Shown here in pieces: positions 43,938 to 58,100 of a DNA stretch of 64,000 nt. Both the position numbers and the translations under genes were made by a program. The stretch spans positions 1 through 64,000 of the forward strand of contig JAANOX010000134.1 of NCBI GenBank assembly GCA_020184695.1, written 5' to 3'. The number at the start of each line of letters is the position of its first letter. Position 1 is the first letter of the stretch. The notes below the pieces were generated by a model. The model was not told where the DNA came from, ran no database searches, and saw nothing but the letters and a program-made list of their open reading frames with translations. The DNA comes from Histomonas meleagridis 2922-C6/04-290x (taxonomy: Eukaryota; Protista; Parabasalia).

Positions 43938-46760
43938 TCAAACGATATTTTCAGTTTGTTCATTTCCTTTTGCCTGAATGTATACATTCATATGATAATC
44001 TGGCCCACCTATTTTCCATTCTTCTAGACCAAACAAAACAACATTGTTCAATTTTTTAACCCTGGACAATGCAACATACGATGATCCATGAGCAAAAGCT
44101 TTTTCATCTATATATATTGCAACATTTCCCAAAGTTTGACCTTGGCTTTTATGGGCTGTTACTGCCCACGATAATTTCAAATGAAATTGATACATGAAAA
44201 TCACCTTTCCATCAGCAATTTGATGTTCAACGGATTTTCTTCTTGCAATTAGTATTGGTTGTTCGTTCTCACTTTGATGATCGAATTTAACTGAAATGAC
44301 ATCTATTTGTGCAATGTATTCAATCATTTTACCTCTTGTCCCATTAATCAAACCAGAAGATATATCGATATTTTGAAAAAGGATGACACGTGCACCAGTG
44401 ATTATATTTAAGGAAAATGGAATTATTGAATTTACATACCTTTTTTTAATAGCACCACATAATGTTTCAATTTCACCTTGAGTTGCCAATCTTAAAGATG
44501 CAGGTTGTGCTTGCTTTCGATCATATTCATCAAATTGCCCTAAAAATGCAGATTTTTCTCTTACACAAAATTTTGCCTGAAGATTTATCCGAACATTGTT
44601 GTTCATATTTGATCTTTTGATCAAAATATAATTATTATAATATAATGCTATTTTGTTAAGAAATGTTATTACCATTCTATTTTCGTTGTCATATTGAAGG
44701 GATTCATCAATTTTGACAATTACTTCATCCATATTACCTGGAATGAATCTTTGCTTCAGTAGTAATTCAATATCTTCGCTGAATGGTGATCCATCATCAT
44801 GTTTACGAATATTCTCGAGCAACTTATTGAAACTTTGTTCTTCTTCAGACTGTCGCATAATCTGATTTAGTTTCCATTGTATTAAATTTATATATGGTTC
44901 ACTTTCATTAAATTGTCTTAATGCTTCAATGAAATCATCTTTAGCGCTGGTTACAGCGGGGACTTGTGCAACATCACCAAACAGCAATATACTTTTACCT
45001 CCAAAAGGTCGAAGACCACATCCAGAATTCTTTTGCTTCATTATTTTGCGAAGACCAAAATCAATAGCACTAAGGACCTTATCAGATATCATTGTAACCT
45101 CATCAATAATAATCACTTGAACAAATGTCATCGCATATCCTTTTGGCCTAATAACATCAAGAGAGCAATAGACAGTTTCTTCTTTATGAGAATCTTTCTT
45201 GCTATATATGCCGAAGGCCGAGTGTACTGTTTTACAATTGATTAAGCATGCCGCAATACCTGTTGAAGCACATACAATATGTGGAATGGAAGAAGCAATA
45301 AGATAATATATAATTGTTTGAATTAGGTAACTTTTTCCTGTTTCTGCCTTACCTCTGATAAATGCTGTTAGTTGCTGACCACTTGATATTCGCTTTGTTA
45401 TTCGTCCAAATATATATTTTTGGCCAGCGTTTGACAAATTTTTGTTAATGTTAAATTTGATATTAGCAAAAGCTTTGAATTCATTCCTCCATGAATAATT
45501 TATATGCTCATTTAATAGAACATCTGGAGGGATTATAGATATATCTTCAACATTTTCATTATAATTTTAAAGAATCATATTTTCATTAATTACTTCTTGA
45601 ATTCTTTCCTATTGCTCCATATGAACTTGATCTTTGCTATTATTTAGATAAGAAGTCATATCATAAATCATCATAGAAATGGTTCGGATTAAATCAGATT
45701 GATCATACATTGAGTAATTAAGCATATAATTAATTAATAGTTCATAATACTGTTTCAAATTATCGTCATCTGGAATGGATAATCCATGGTATTCAAGTGC
45801 TTTCAACCATGTTGACTGGCCTGCTTTCATTTCCTCATCCGACCTCCATGATCCGTTTAGCATATATAAACATATGCAAATTCTTCTATGTCAGATCTGC
45901 ATGTAAACCTTTCAGTTATGACAATCTGAGGAGAATCTCGAAGTTCTACATATAATGCTTTGGCATCTGAAAGTGATTCATCAGGAAAAAGATCCCTTGT
46001 ATAAATAAGTTATCTAGGAGTTAGATTTTCATCTTCCCAATTCGATGCAGGACGACATGTATTTTTTGGACGAAACGGACGAATAGGAGGATTCAAGTAT
46101 TCTTCATAATTTTCGTTTGCAATATTTTTCATATGTTGTATTAATCGTCCATTTGTCACACCTAAATTTTTTATATTGTAATATGAAAAAAATGTTAGAA
46201 TACCCATCTTTTCAAGTTCAGAAGGACGTCTAAAATATTTTTCTACCCACGTGATCTGAATTTGTTGACCATCTAAATACGCTGCTTGACGTGCTTCTGG
46301 AGATTTTATAGAAACATATATTGATGGAATGAAATAGAATTTCATTTTATACAGTCTGAACCAAAATACTTTGTGCCTAAAAATTTCGTGGCTGCTTTAT
46401 CGACAGAAACGATTCTAGCATGAAATGCTGTTTGATATTCACCAATCTGAGGGGCCATCTGAATTCGAAGATTAGAAGAGCTCTTCTGAAATTAAATTAT
46501 ACAATGTAATGAATAGCATTGGAGAACAATGAGCATGCTTTTAATTTCGCAAAATATGAATATGACAATGCCTTATCAATTTCATCAAGAAATAAGGTGA
46601 ATATTTTACAACTAAGCCGGCTTAGTCTTCATCACTTCTTGGAAGTAACAAATCCCCATCAGATGTCACACTAAGTTAGTTTCATTGCACGACATTTTGG
46701 GAAACCCATATTTACATGATGCTTCAGGATTTCGTTTTTCGCATCTTTGCAGAGTACATC
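43938..46760 (-). mobile_element. Decayed Helitron (Rep plus PIF1 helicase)
   Basis: PIF1 ORF 43938..45437 (GKAETGKS, IIDEV, FGDVAQVP, NGTRG, AVTAHKSQGQTL, YVALSRV). Upstream broken Rep motifs: MIHGC...CKYGFPK, VVKYSPYFL..HCHIHI and RPSELEKM. Termini not found. Confidence 0.8.
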
Positions 46761-47883
46761 CATGGATCATTTGACATTATGTGTTACGATGTTTTTTCTA
46801 TTAAATTTGTTCATATATCAGATTGAACATATTTATAAATATACAAAAATTGAAAAAAAAAATGCAAAAAATATTGTATCTTTTGTCCCAGATCTTTCAA
46901 GTATATGTATATACAGAAAATATTATAATAACTATTGAAGAGTGATGTAAGCGAAAAAAAATTTCAAAAAATTGAACATTATCCTGAATGAAATCAAGCC
47001 AAATTCTTTCCATTTCACAGAGGTGCCATAATAAATATAATTTTGTAATTTATTCAGAAAAAAAATTTGAAATCACAAATTTAATGATTTTTTCGAAATT
47101 CTTAAAATACTGAAATATATTCATTATAATTGAATATTTTGGTTCATTTATTATCAAATAATGATAAAGTTATAGTGGAATTTTTATTATATAAAATTTT
47201 ACACCATGTATAATTTTTTTCATATGATATTATTTTGATTCCTTACAAAAAATTCCATAATGTTATTTTAAAACTTGAAGTACCATTTCATAGAATACAA
47301 TCAATATTTTGTATTTATATAAGTTTTATCAAAATTCTTGCATATATTTTAGAGAAATTTTTAATTTAATCAACAACAAATTTCAATATAATGATGTGAC
47401 ATGTGAATTGAAAAATATTATCAAATATCACAAAAACATAAAAAAATGATTTAAATGAAATTAATGTTACTCTTTGTTATAAAAATCAGAAGAATTTTTA
47501 TCATTATTGAACGAAGTTATTCATTAAAATAATGCATTTCAACAAAGAAATGAAATTTTTGTAAATTTTGATAAAAATCGGAAATAAATTGAATTAACCC
47601 AATTCAGAAACAAATATTGAATAATTTTTACGAAAAACAATTACTTTATTTCAACAAAAATGAACAAAAGGTTGTGGCAACATGTTTTTTTGTGATAATG
47701 CAGTTTTTGTGTGCAATATTAACTTTTTGTAAGCAAGCGAATATTCGAAATCAAAAAATCAAAATATCCAAAAAATATACGAATGAATCCAATTAAAGAC
47801 ATGAGATATAGGGTTTAATTACTATGTTTATTAATATTTTTGAGTTATATAAAAATTCCATTGTGGAATTTTCGCTCACCCTA

Positions 47884-48446
47884 CTAAAGCCTGATCAAAA
47901 AGGTTGTTCCACCAATTTGATAGGGTACCGTTTATTTTATCAATCATAGAATACAAGATGCCAGAATCTATGATAAAGAATCGTTTGGAAATCATTCAGG
48001 CGATATCCCAAGGAAAAAACAATACCCAAATTTCCAGGGAAACTGGACATTGTCGAAAATTTGTGAGAAAAGGTAGAAATGATTTAAATTATAAAATTGT
48101 ATTCACTCAAACTACTCCAATTCGAAGACCATCTATTGTAAATGATGCCACTATCAATAGAGTCAACAGCATGACGCTAAATAATAGAAATTGCATTATC
48201 TTTTTAGAATGAAATTGATGATAACACCATTAAGAACTTGGTGGATTCGATGCCAAATAGGCTCCAGGAAGTTATAAATCATTAAGGAGGGCCTAATGGT
48301 TACTGAGTAAAGTTCTAAAACGATATGGGAACCACTTAGTTAGTAAACATCACAAAATAGTGTTAAAAAAAGATGTTTCACCCTGCATTCAATATTTGAG
48401 AGGTTTGAATACGGAAGGTGGAACAATTTCTCTGATCAGGCTTAAT
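47884..48446 (+). mobile_element. Internally deleted Tc1-family element, about 563 bp
   Basis: Imperfect ~27-30-bp TIRs (AAGCCTGATCA......TTGTTCCACC) with TA at 47882-83 and 48447-48. The N-terminal HTH is joined directly to the Tc1 C-terminus NEIDDNTIKNLVDSMPNRLQEVI..GG..Y; DDE domain absent. Confidence 0.85.
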
Positions 48447-48841
48447 TAATTATTAATTGAATTGAATTAGTATATCATTAAAATATTTTGAAATTTATTT
48501 ATATAGTTTATTTTTTCATCAAATTAATATTAAATAAAATAATTTCAGAAAAGATACGTGGTCCAATCCACCAAAGGACTTGGAAAGTAAAAAAGAACAT
48601 GCAATATCTTACCTAGTACCTCAGTATGTTAGATAGTTATGTTGATATCATAGATGACAACGTTGGTTTGGAAGATAATGAATCGCAATTTGTCTATTTT
48701 TTTTTTTTATTTATTCTTCAAGTCTCAATTCATATTTTAATTCTGTTTATAAAAAGCATTATTCCTGTTATCGTGTCTTTGTTACTCAAACAAGTAAAAA
48801 CATGCTCGATTTTCCCGATTTATAATTTAAACGGTCGTTTA

Positions 48842-50827
48842 TTATCCGTTTCTGGTAGGTGTGGTTGTCTCAAATAACAAATTTTCTTTCAACCTTACTG
48901 ATTGTTGTTCTTTGGTATCCTCATCTCCAAGGTCTGCATCATAGATAGGCTCATGTTTGCAAAATGAAATGAGTCTGGCTAAGATTGTACAATTGCTGAT
49001 TAGACTTCCTTGGTAGGTTTCTTCCAACCTAACACCTGTCGCCTTCCACTGAGCATGAATCCTATTCAACCACATCACAAACTCTGCCAGGTCAGGGCAT
49101 AACTCAATAGCAGTTTCAAATGGTATATCTACACTTCCAGCTTGTCTCTCCATGACGACATTAACAGCCTCAAACACTTGTTCCATAGTTAGCTCTTGGG
49201 CTGACTCCTCAAATACATTGCCCTGCTCTTCAGTAAGTTTCACTCCACCTACATTCATCCTGGTTCTTATGTTGATCTTTCGACCTATCACAGTTGTCAA
49301 ATCATTCATTAAGATGAGACGTGAAAATGCACTCATAATCTTTTCCCAGCTGTGTTTGTTATGACACATAATACGTATTAAACCAAACTGACATTCAACA
49401 TTATGTGTTCCCAATCTTTCCAGACACAGATCATCAGACCTTGCTCTGAACTCTCTCAAAACACCAATCAATGTGTTCATAATTCGAATGCATTGATTGA
49501 GTGAACAACAATATTGCGTACCATGACCACGTTTCACTTGTTGTACATTTGGTGTTAGCCTGTCTAAGTTTTTTGCATGATATGCAAAAAAATATCAAGT
49601 GAAGAACAAAGATAATCCAGTCGTGTTTGAGGTGACAGCGATGAATTACGAATAGCATGTGACCATAGAGCATACGGAAGTATGTAAAACGCCATGTTAA
49701 TGTGGCTAGAATGTAACAATTGGAAGAAGTTTTCCATAGTAAAGATCTTCAAACAATAATGATCCTTCATCCTTCCCTTTGGTGACGTGTCTGTTAATGG
49801 AGCTCCAAGCTGTAGTACTTTTTCCATATCGAGCGCGGTGAAGGCTAGCTTACCGTCTGTACATATTGAGATTTGTCCATTCAATAATATTATGCTTCTA
49901 GCATTTTTCAATAGATGTAAGAAGTTGCCAATTATCAATCCATCATTCTGCAGAATCCCAAGTGCATCTTCAATTTCCTTATTTCTTAAAATAGGCCACC
50001 ACTTGTTGAACTGTTCGCGATGAATTATAGAGTATCCAGAATCACCGTCACTTGCTATACAGCGAACATTTAAACCATTTGCATCTAAAAAACCAGCAAG
50101 ATATCTTAGCCGAATTCTGACATCTTCATCTGCATTGCCCTTCTTGTATGGTAACACATGTAAAAGAAGACATTTATACTTGCATGATAAAGGTTGTAAA
50201 CGTATTGAAAATGCATTATTGTCCCTTCTCTTTGCATCATAAATTTCTTTTGTAACAGGTTCCATTGACATAGCATCTATACCCAAAACAATATCCACTT
50301 TTTCAGAATACTGAATGTTATGTCTTCTTCTAAATAGGTTGATAATGCGGATTGTTTCCTAACACTTGGTTAAACACTCCTTCCACGAATTTTGAATTTG
50401 GCTAAAGTGATTGTACAGCGTCTGTTTACATGGCAATGTTATGACGGAGCGAAGATAGTCATAACACTTACTTCCGAGAGTTCTTAATATGAAACAAAAT
50501 ATAATTACATTGGGACTCCATTGCCGAGATTTGAGAAAACAATTAAAATTGTTCTGTGATTCAAATGATAATTGTTCCCCAAAAGATATGGGTTTGTTTA
50601 CGGGCTCGTCAACCGTTTTTAATTTCCTTAAATATTCTTCATAAAACTCCCTTTGACCCTTAAAATATCTTGATGGAAGTAATGTGGGATCATAATCTTT
50701 TAATATTTTCTCGAGTATCTGGGTTCTTTTCTTGTAGTACCCCAGTGATTGTTCAAGATTAGAAATATCCTTTTTAAGCCTACCAATTTGCCTGGAAAGG
50801 GTCGCTTTCTCTGTTTTTTTTGCTCAT
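48842..50827 (-). mobile_element. P-element/THAP9-like transposase pseudogene
   Basis: Collinear motifs CYDYLRSVITLP, VLGIDAM, CIASDGDS, FLHLLKNARS and NVECQFGLIR; A-run frameshift near 50815, in-frame TAG near 50360 and frameshift near 49560. TIRs not found. Confidence 0.7.
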
Positions 50828-52099
50828 TAAATTTGTCAAAATAGATTTAACATGATCGTTATGAATTGAAAAACTTATCGTTCATAAGTTAAGAAGCAGT
50901 GAAAAGAAAAGCTTTTGCGCCTATCTCTCTCACTTGCCACTACGTTTATAACATATAAAAGATCAAAGAGTGATGGTGTATCATTCTATGTAATTTTATT
51001 GCATAAAAAGCACAGTGTTTGATTGTTAATTTTTATTACCGTTAATTGACCTTCCTAGAATATATAAACAAGAAACCTCACTCTTATGCTAAAAGATATC
51101 CAATTGCATGCAATTAATTATAAAAAATATAGAAGTTTTATTCTATTTACATATTAGAAAGCATGATGAAATGATTTTGTTATTAGTTTTCTTGATATTG
51201 GACGTTGAAAACATTTTCACATTGATATATAGTTTAGACTTAGGTTTATAGATTACGTTAATAGGTGTGGCTAAGCGATTTGTAGTGGTACATCTTTCTC
51301 GAGAAGTAAATCAAGTTGTTCTATTGATTTTTCATGAAAGGAGAGAAAAAATCATGTTGATGCTTGATATATAGAATGACTAGCTACATAGAAATGTTGT
51401 TCTAACAGATAATTGAAAATGAACATTTTGAGATTACAGATGCGCATCTGCTAGCATGGAATGATCAAAATTTTAAATTCGATTTTTTGAATTATTTATA
51501 CTCTACACATAATAGAAGCAATGTCACTAAGTTTTTACTATACACCTATGGATCGTTTTCGAGATATTTTCGTTTTAAATTTTCTTGGACCACTTATCAA
51601 AAAAGTCAGGATTCCATATAATTATTTGAAATGAATAACAAATCACGCTTTTATGAAAATTTAATACACTTTTCGGACATGAATAACGTATTCTTTGAGA
51701 AATGGGTAAAAATTTGATAATATTTACTGTCATTCAAATTCGCTTCTATCGTCACTTATCATTGCTTTTATCGTTCAATGTAAACCATGTAAAAGTCGAT
51801 TTTTGTCACTTTTTGGAATGAAAGAATAAATTTATCTCGTGCTAATCATGATATAATTCTTAGATTTACATTAATCATAGATGCAACTATGTATATATAT
51901 TATATATTTATGATATCAAGATCGTAGGATGATCGCTATATACGATGGGTGAAAGTCGCAAGTCGAGTTTAACTATATAGTTAATTAAAACAGACATTTA
52001 ATAAAAAAAAGAAATCAAAAAAAGGTAATTAATTTTGGAGAAACAGAAGAATTCGTATATAAGTTGGGTTTATTTCTAGATTGAGTGAGGTTCATTTTC

Positions 52100-52717
52100 T
52101 CACAAAGAATTGGATTTGATATCAAAACTTATTTGCTCATTGAACACGTCATAGCTTGAGTAACGATTACGGCTGTAAGTATTCGGTTGATGAGGAATTT
52201 GCGGAGTGATGAAAGACCCGCATTCAGATGGAATTTTTCCCAGTTTCAAACATTTGTATCTGGCTCTAATTGAAGATATTGAACGACAAGGCAGAAATCG
52301 CTGAATTGAAGTCCATTTATTTGGATATTCACAGTACTTTTGAAGAAGAATTTTGTCTTCATCTTTTGTCCATTTGGCTCTTATAATTCTGGAATCCAAA
52401 ACATTTTTCCAATGTTCACGGCACTGTCTTGCAGTTCGTGTTTTAACATGCGATGAAATGATATTCCAATAATTTTGATACCGTTTGTAAGCTTTCAACA
52501 ATGCTATATTTTCTTCTTCAGTCCACCTTCCCTTATTATAGTGTTTTGGATCTTTTCCTTGCTGCTGATGGTTTAAATCTTTTTCCTGAGAATCAAAATC
52601 ATCAAAAGGATATATCTTAAAAAGAAAAGATATATCTTCGGTGTCAGACGTTCTTTTGCCTATACAGATGTCACCAATTGGGGGAAGATCCAAAAGCAAA
52701 TCTTCATCAGTTTCCAT
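52100..52717 (-). CDS. R2R3 Myb transcription factor
   Basis: GRWTEEEN...RTARQCREHW...AKWTKDED...KWTSI...RSISSIRARY. Confidence 0.92.
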   Translation of the reverse strand: METDEDLLLDLPPIGDICIGKRTSDTEDISFLFKIYPFDDFDSQEKDLNHQQQGKDPKHYNKGRWTEEENIALLKAYKRYQNYWNIISSHVKTRTARQCREHWKNVLDSRIIRAKWTKDEDKILLQKYCEYPNKWTSIQRFLPCRSISSIRARYKCLKLGKIPSECGSFITPQIPHQPNTYSRNRYSSYDVFNEQISFDIKSNSL

Positions 52718-53944
52718 GGAAGGGAGTCAAAGGATGTGAAGTGTTTTTTGTAATTTTGTGCAAACCGAATTTTAAATTTTTGATGAAATGAATTTATTTT
52801 CATTTTCTTAATATATTTTAATTAATTTCTGTCAAATATAAAATTTCATGAATATATTAATCCTAAATTATAAAAAAACACGTTAATCGTTAAAGGTGAA
52901 TCAAGAAAAAAATGTTTTAAAAAAAATTTAATAGAATGTGAACTGCAGAGTGTTTTTTGTGATAACACTTTTTATATTTGAATTATTTATTTCACTCAAA
53001 AAATGCCACAGAGGCAGACAATGTGAAGTGACTTAACGTTTCCCGATTTTAAAACGAATTTATCTTTTTAACAAATGTGTTATTCGAGTTAAGATATACT
53101 CACAAAATATATTACATCAAAAAAACAAAATAATGTTTTGAGAAAATCATCTCTTATGAACAAAAGAAATTTAATATAATATTTTTTTTCAATTATTTTG
53201 TGAAATTTTTCCAAATTACATTGTGAGTATGCATAAATATAATATTGTTATTATTGAATTAAAATTAAATTTCGGTAAATAATCTCTATAATTCACTGAG
53301 TAAAAAATAATTTTTTTTATGATTACATATTCATTAAATAAGGTATTTCAAGATTTCCCTCTCTACGATCTTTTTTTATTCCAGGATATATATGCATTTC
53401 TAAGAACGAATTTAGTGGTGAACAGATTTTTAAGAGATTTTTGGCTTCTGGTTTTGAAGCCGGAACACAACTTAAATTTCTTGGTGTCGTAGGCAACGGG
53501 TATATATTTAAATCGCTTATGAATATAAATTATTTTAATACATTGAAATCTGATTTTATGATGTATTTTTCGAGTCTAAAAAATGTTGGGAAAGATATAT
53601 CATCAACGTTGTATTTATTAAAAGAATACTTAGATATTGTTTTGTTAGATGTGTAATGCAACAATAAAAAGAGTTCTCATAGCATCCGAATGACACTATT
53701 TAAAAAACGTATGCGAACGTGGTGATAAATCGCGTCATAAAGAAAAGATCATGTAAGCACTTCAGATTTATATTGTTTTTTATTTTTAAAACTGTTAAAG
53801 CTTAATTAACAACGATGTGATGTGTAACGCACGTTAATTTCTAAACGTTAAGCAGTGATCACTTTTCTATAGTTTATTTTTGAACGTTTCTGAAATTTTT
53901 TGACTTTTAACCTCAAATGTCATATAAATTTCAAAAAACAACAA

Positions 53945-54763
53945 ATGGGTACTTGTGAAGGAAATTACGTCGTTTGGATTCATAAAGTATTTGGTGAATG
54001 CGTAGTTACAGCAACAGATAATGCAAGTTTTTATTTTGGTTTGGCTTCTACTTTATTTTGGATGTATGCTCAAATTCCACAAATCATCCTATTCTTCAAA
54101 ACCGGTCAGACTGAAGGATTTTCTTTTGCATTTATTTGCCTACTTCTCTTTGGCGATACCTGTAATCTTGTAGGTGCAATCATAAATCATAAATTAGTTA
54201 CTCAAATTATAACAGCGACATGGTATGTTCTTGTGGATACTTTCACTTTATTCCAATATATTTACCTTAGATGGTTTAAAGGCAAATGTTCCAAAAAAGA
54301 AGAAGTAATTATAGACGAACAAAATCCACTTTCTATTAGCCCATTGCTTCTTCCCTCTGCTGCTTCAGCAATTAGCCTTTTTACCAAACAATCTGGTCCG
54401 TATGACTCAGATCAAATATTTGGAACAATCCTTGGCTGGTGTTCATGCGTCTCTTACGCTATTTCACGTATACCTCAGATAGCCAAAAACTGTAAAAGGA
54501 GGATGATTACTGGGTTTTCATACAAGTTTTCCATATGTGCAATTTTGGGAAATGCTACATATACAATTTCAATATTTTGCAAGGACTATCATTGGCCATA
54601 TATATGGGGACAGCTTCCTTGGGTTATTGGGGCTGCAGGTCTTCTTTTCTTTGATTTTGCAATTATCGGTCAGGTAATTGCATTCAGAAATAATAAAGCC
54701 TCACCCGAGGAATATGTTTCCCTTGCCACTGATGCTTTAGAAGGCCAGCAGCAGAATGATTGA
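53945..54763 (+). CDS. PQ-loop (PQLC2/Ypq-like) transporter
   Basis: Two PQ motifs (AQIPQII and SRIPQIA), about 7 TM helices; likely ATG at 53945. Confidence 0.9.
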   Translation: MGTCEGNYVVWIHKVFGECVVTATDNASFYFGLASTLFWMYAQIPQIILFFKTGQTEGFSFAFICLLLFGDTCNLVGAIINHKLVTQIITATWYVLVDTFTLFQYIYLRWFKGKCSKKEEVIIDEQNPLSISPLLLPSAASAISLFTKQSGPYDSDQIFGTILGWCSCVSYAISRIPQIAKNCKRRMITGFSYKFSICAILGNATYTISIFCKDYHWPYIWGQLPWVIGAAGLLFFDFAIIGQVIAFRNNKASPEEYVSLATDALEGQQQND

Positions 54764-55158
54764 AATAAAATAGATTTACTCTCATAAATGTTTTTATTTT
54801 GATAAAACGCATAGAAAAAATTGAATTGAATCGACAAAAAATGGAGTGCCCCATTTATTAACTCGAGTCACTTTTTCTTCAGTACTAAATTTCTATGCAT
54901 ATTTTGTTCAATTGCAAACCTTCTCAAAAACATATATATTATATTAAAAATTTTAATCAGTAATAAGTTATTTTCAAATTTATAGATACTTATGTCTCTT
55001 TCTAAATATAAAATATATTTATGATAAAGAATGTATTAAATTATAGTAACTGTGTGGTTTTCAAAAGTAAAGAAGTTTAATGATTTATAAAATTGTTATT
55101 TACTCTCAGTTTTATTATCAAAAATGTAGAAAGAATTCTTTTTTTATTATTAACTAAA

Positions 55159-58100
55159 ATGCTTATTCAATTGTTATTAACTTTCATTAAAGCAGAGAAT
55201 TTTGGGAGATCTGTTTATGGAAGTCCTGGTATTGATGATGTTAATCTTCAATTTCATGATGGATTTGAGATATTGGAACATAATTTGAAAATACCAACAC
55301 GTAAACATATCAAAGAAGCTAATTTTACAAGTATAATTATTAAAGACGATGATTATCCATGGCCAGATCATCCATATCGAAATACATGTACATGGGATCT
55401 TTTAGCAACTGAAACATATAATGTAAAGAAAAAATATATATCGTTAAATGTTAAGCAAGAAGAATTATACTGGCATCCAGTTGCAGCAAAGCAATATTAT
55501 ACAACACAAGAAGAAATCGATAAAATGGAACGTGTTAAAGTTCGATATATTTTAGCACCAAAACGTAAACGTCATACAACTCCATTCTTTTTACCACCTG
55601 GTGAAGTAATAACCATTGAAATCTCAGAAGCAGCTGTATCTAAGAACATACGAATCGATTTCAATCAAAACACTGAAACGATTTGGAAAGGATCAAATGG
55701 TGAAGGTGTATCCAAAACACGTTTGAATGAAATTTTATTTGAAAAAATGAGGCTTACGAAATCTAAATGTACTATGGGAAGTCCATATGGAGGAAGTATA
55801 TATTTCCATATTAGTTCTAATGATCCGGTTGAAATTAACATTACTGGTGTCATTATTAATCCATTTTTTGTTTATGGAGTTCATTCTGATACTGAATGGA
55901 ATAATTCATTATCATTATTCAAAGGCCCAATATTTGTATTTTATACCGGCAACATAGAAATTGTAGGATATAAAACATTAATTAATAGTCCTATACAACG
56001 AATAAATGATTGTGGTGAATGGTTACGTAGTGCATACCAAATTGGACAAACGACAGCACATGATAGTTATTCAGATAACTCGAAATTTTGGCATATAATT
56101 AATCCACCACAACTTACTTCTGAAACATTTATTCCTGCAGGATCAGCGGTTGCTATTGTTGCTAAAAACAATTGTTTCTTCCCAATAGGTACTATTAATT
56201 CATTTGTAAGACATTCTTCATTAATGTATCACCCATGGATGATTGTACATGAAATGAATCATCTTAGACAAGATTCATGGGGTAAGGCGCTTAGTAATAA
56301 TGGGTGGCTTGAAGTTACTAATAATGTAATTAACTTAATTATTTATGCACAAATTAATGAAGGAAGCAAAACTCGAACTATTGATGGTGCTAGCGATTGG
56401 TTAGCTTATGCTAATTCATTTTCTGTCTTGAATAATAATAAAGTAAATAAATTACGCTTATATTCGATTATGTTACATTATTTCGGAATTGAAAAAATGA
56501 AACAATTCATTGATGATGATCAATATGATCGTTATTACCCTAGAAATATTTATGGCACTGCTGGTGCTGAAATGCTTCGTGCTTCAAAAGTTTTTGGTAG
56601 AAACATGAAATACCATTATAATTGGGAAGGTATTGATGATAATGCATTGACTAAAAAAGCAATTGAAGAAATCGAAAAAATGAAACTTCCTGAATTCCAT
56701 CCAGTAACTACTGCTTATGGATCAGGATTTCTTTCTAGTGATACACAAGGGTTTATTACTCAAAGACCTTTTTATTTACCAAACATTAATCGTACAATTG
56801 ATTTTATTACAACAATGTATTCTATTTCACATGATAATTTTGGTAAATTTGAATATATTGATGCTAAATTTGAATCAACTAGAGACAAATTTTGGATTAA
56901 ACAAGATAAAGGAAAATATATTCGATTACCATTTACAAATATTATTGATGTTGAAGAAGTAATTGTTTCTTATAAAGATATAATAACTAATGAAATTACT
57001 CGGTGTATCTGCCAATTTAAAGAATATGTACCTAATGCTTATGCATATAGATATTATAATATTGCAACTAATTTAAATGTAAAAAGTGCATATCAAACAA
57101 CTGTAGGAAAAGTTCCTGATGATATTATACCTATCTCAAGTACTGATGCTAATTTAGCAAAGAGATCAGATGGCACAGTTGACGTAATCAGATTTAGAAT
57201 TCGTCCACCTAAAAATGAAACATATCGTTTTGTACTTAAAGCGCAAGGAGCTTCACAACTTTATATATCAAAAAATGATTTATATTATGATCCATCAAAA
57301 GATTTTGTATGGAAAACAGAATCAGCAAATTATTGGGGTAATTCACGTAAAAGTGATCCAATTGATCTTAAAACTAATGAAGTATATAACATTGCATTTG
57401 TTATGTATACAACTAATGCAGCTACAAGAGGATGGTTAAGTTATTATGAGGGAAATATTAATGATATACGTGTTATGGAAGAATATTGGTTTGTTAAAGA
57501 AGATATTCCTGATAAAGATAAATTTTATAGTCAATTCATCCCAAAAAAGGAAAAAATATATGGAATGGATCTTTATGATGATGTATCATTTTTATTTAAT
57601 GATCAATCAAAATGGAAAGTTATTAAATACCCACAAACAGGTTCAGTATTTAAAGATGTAACTACTTCAAGTCAAGGTAATCAAATAGTAGACCCTACAA
57701 TTGATATTATTAAATCTGTTTTAACTGATAATGATCCAGCAACTGAATATAGAACTGATTATTGGAAAAATTCAATTCCTGATTTCCCACATATTTATGA
57801 AATTGATTTGGGTGATTTAAATGAATTTGATTCTATTTATTTAGCTGTGTCACAGAACACAAATTATTTTGATGTTTATGGTTATTTAGAAATTAGTATT
57901 TCTAATTCAGAAGAAAAATTAAAATTAGATTCATCAATTGTTTGGAAAGGTTATTATCAATCTTCAAACCCAACAATTTCATTAGGTAAAGTAAATAAAG
58001 GTAAATATCTTAAACTTAAATTTTATAATAACACTAAAACTTGGAAAGATGGAAGAAAAGGACGTACTTCAATAAGCGAACTTAAAGTTGGATATCAATT

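Noticed and set aside
51915-51970. GC-richer island as tRNA or ribozyme
   Set aside because: No cloverleaf or hammerhead core could be formed. No tRNA or rRNA gene was recognised anywhere in the window.
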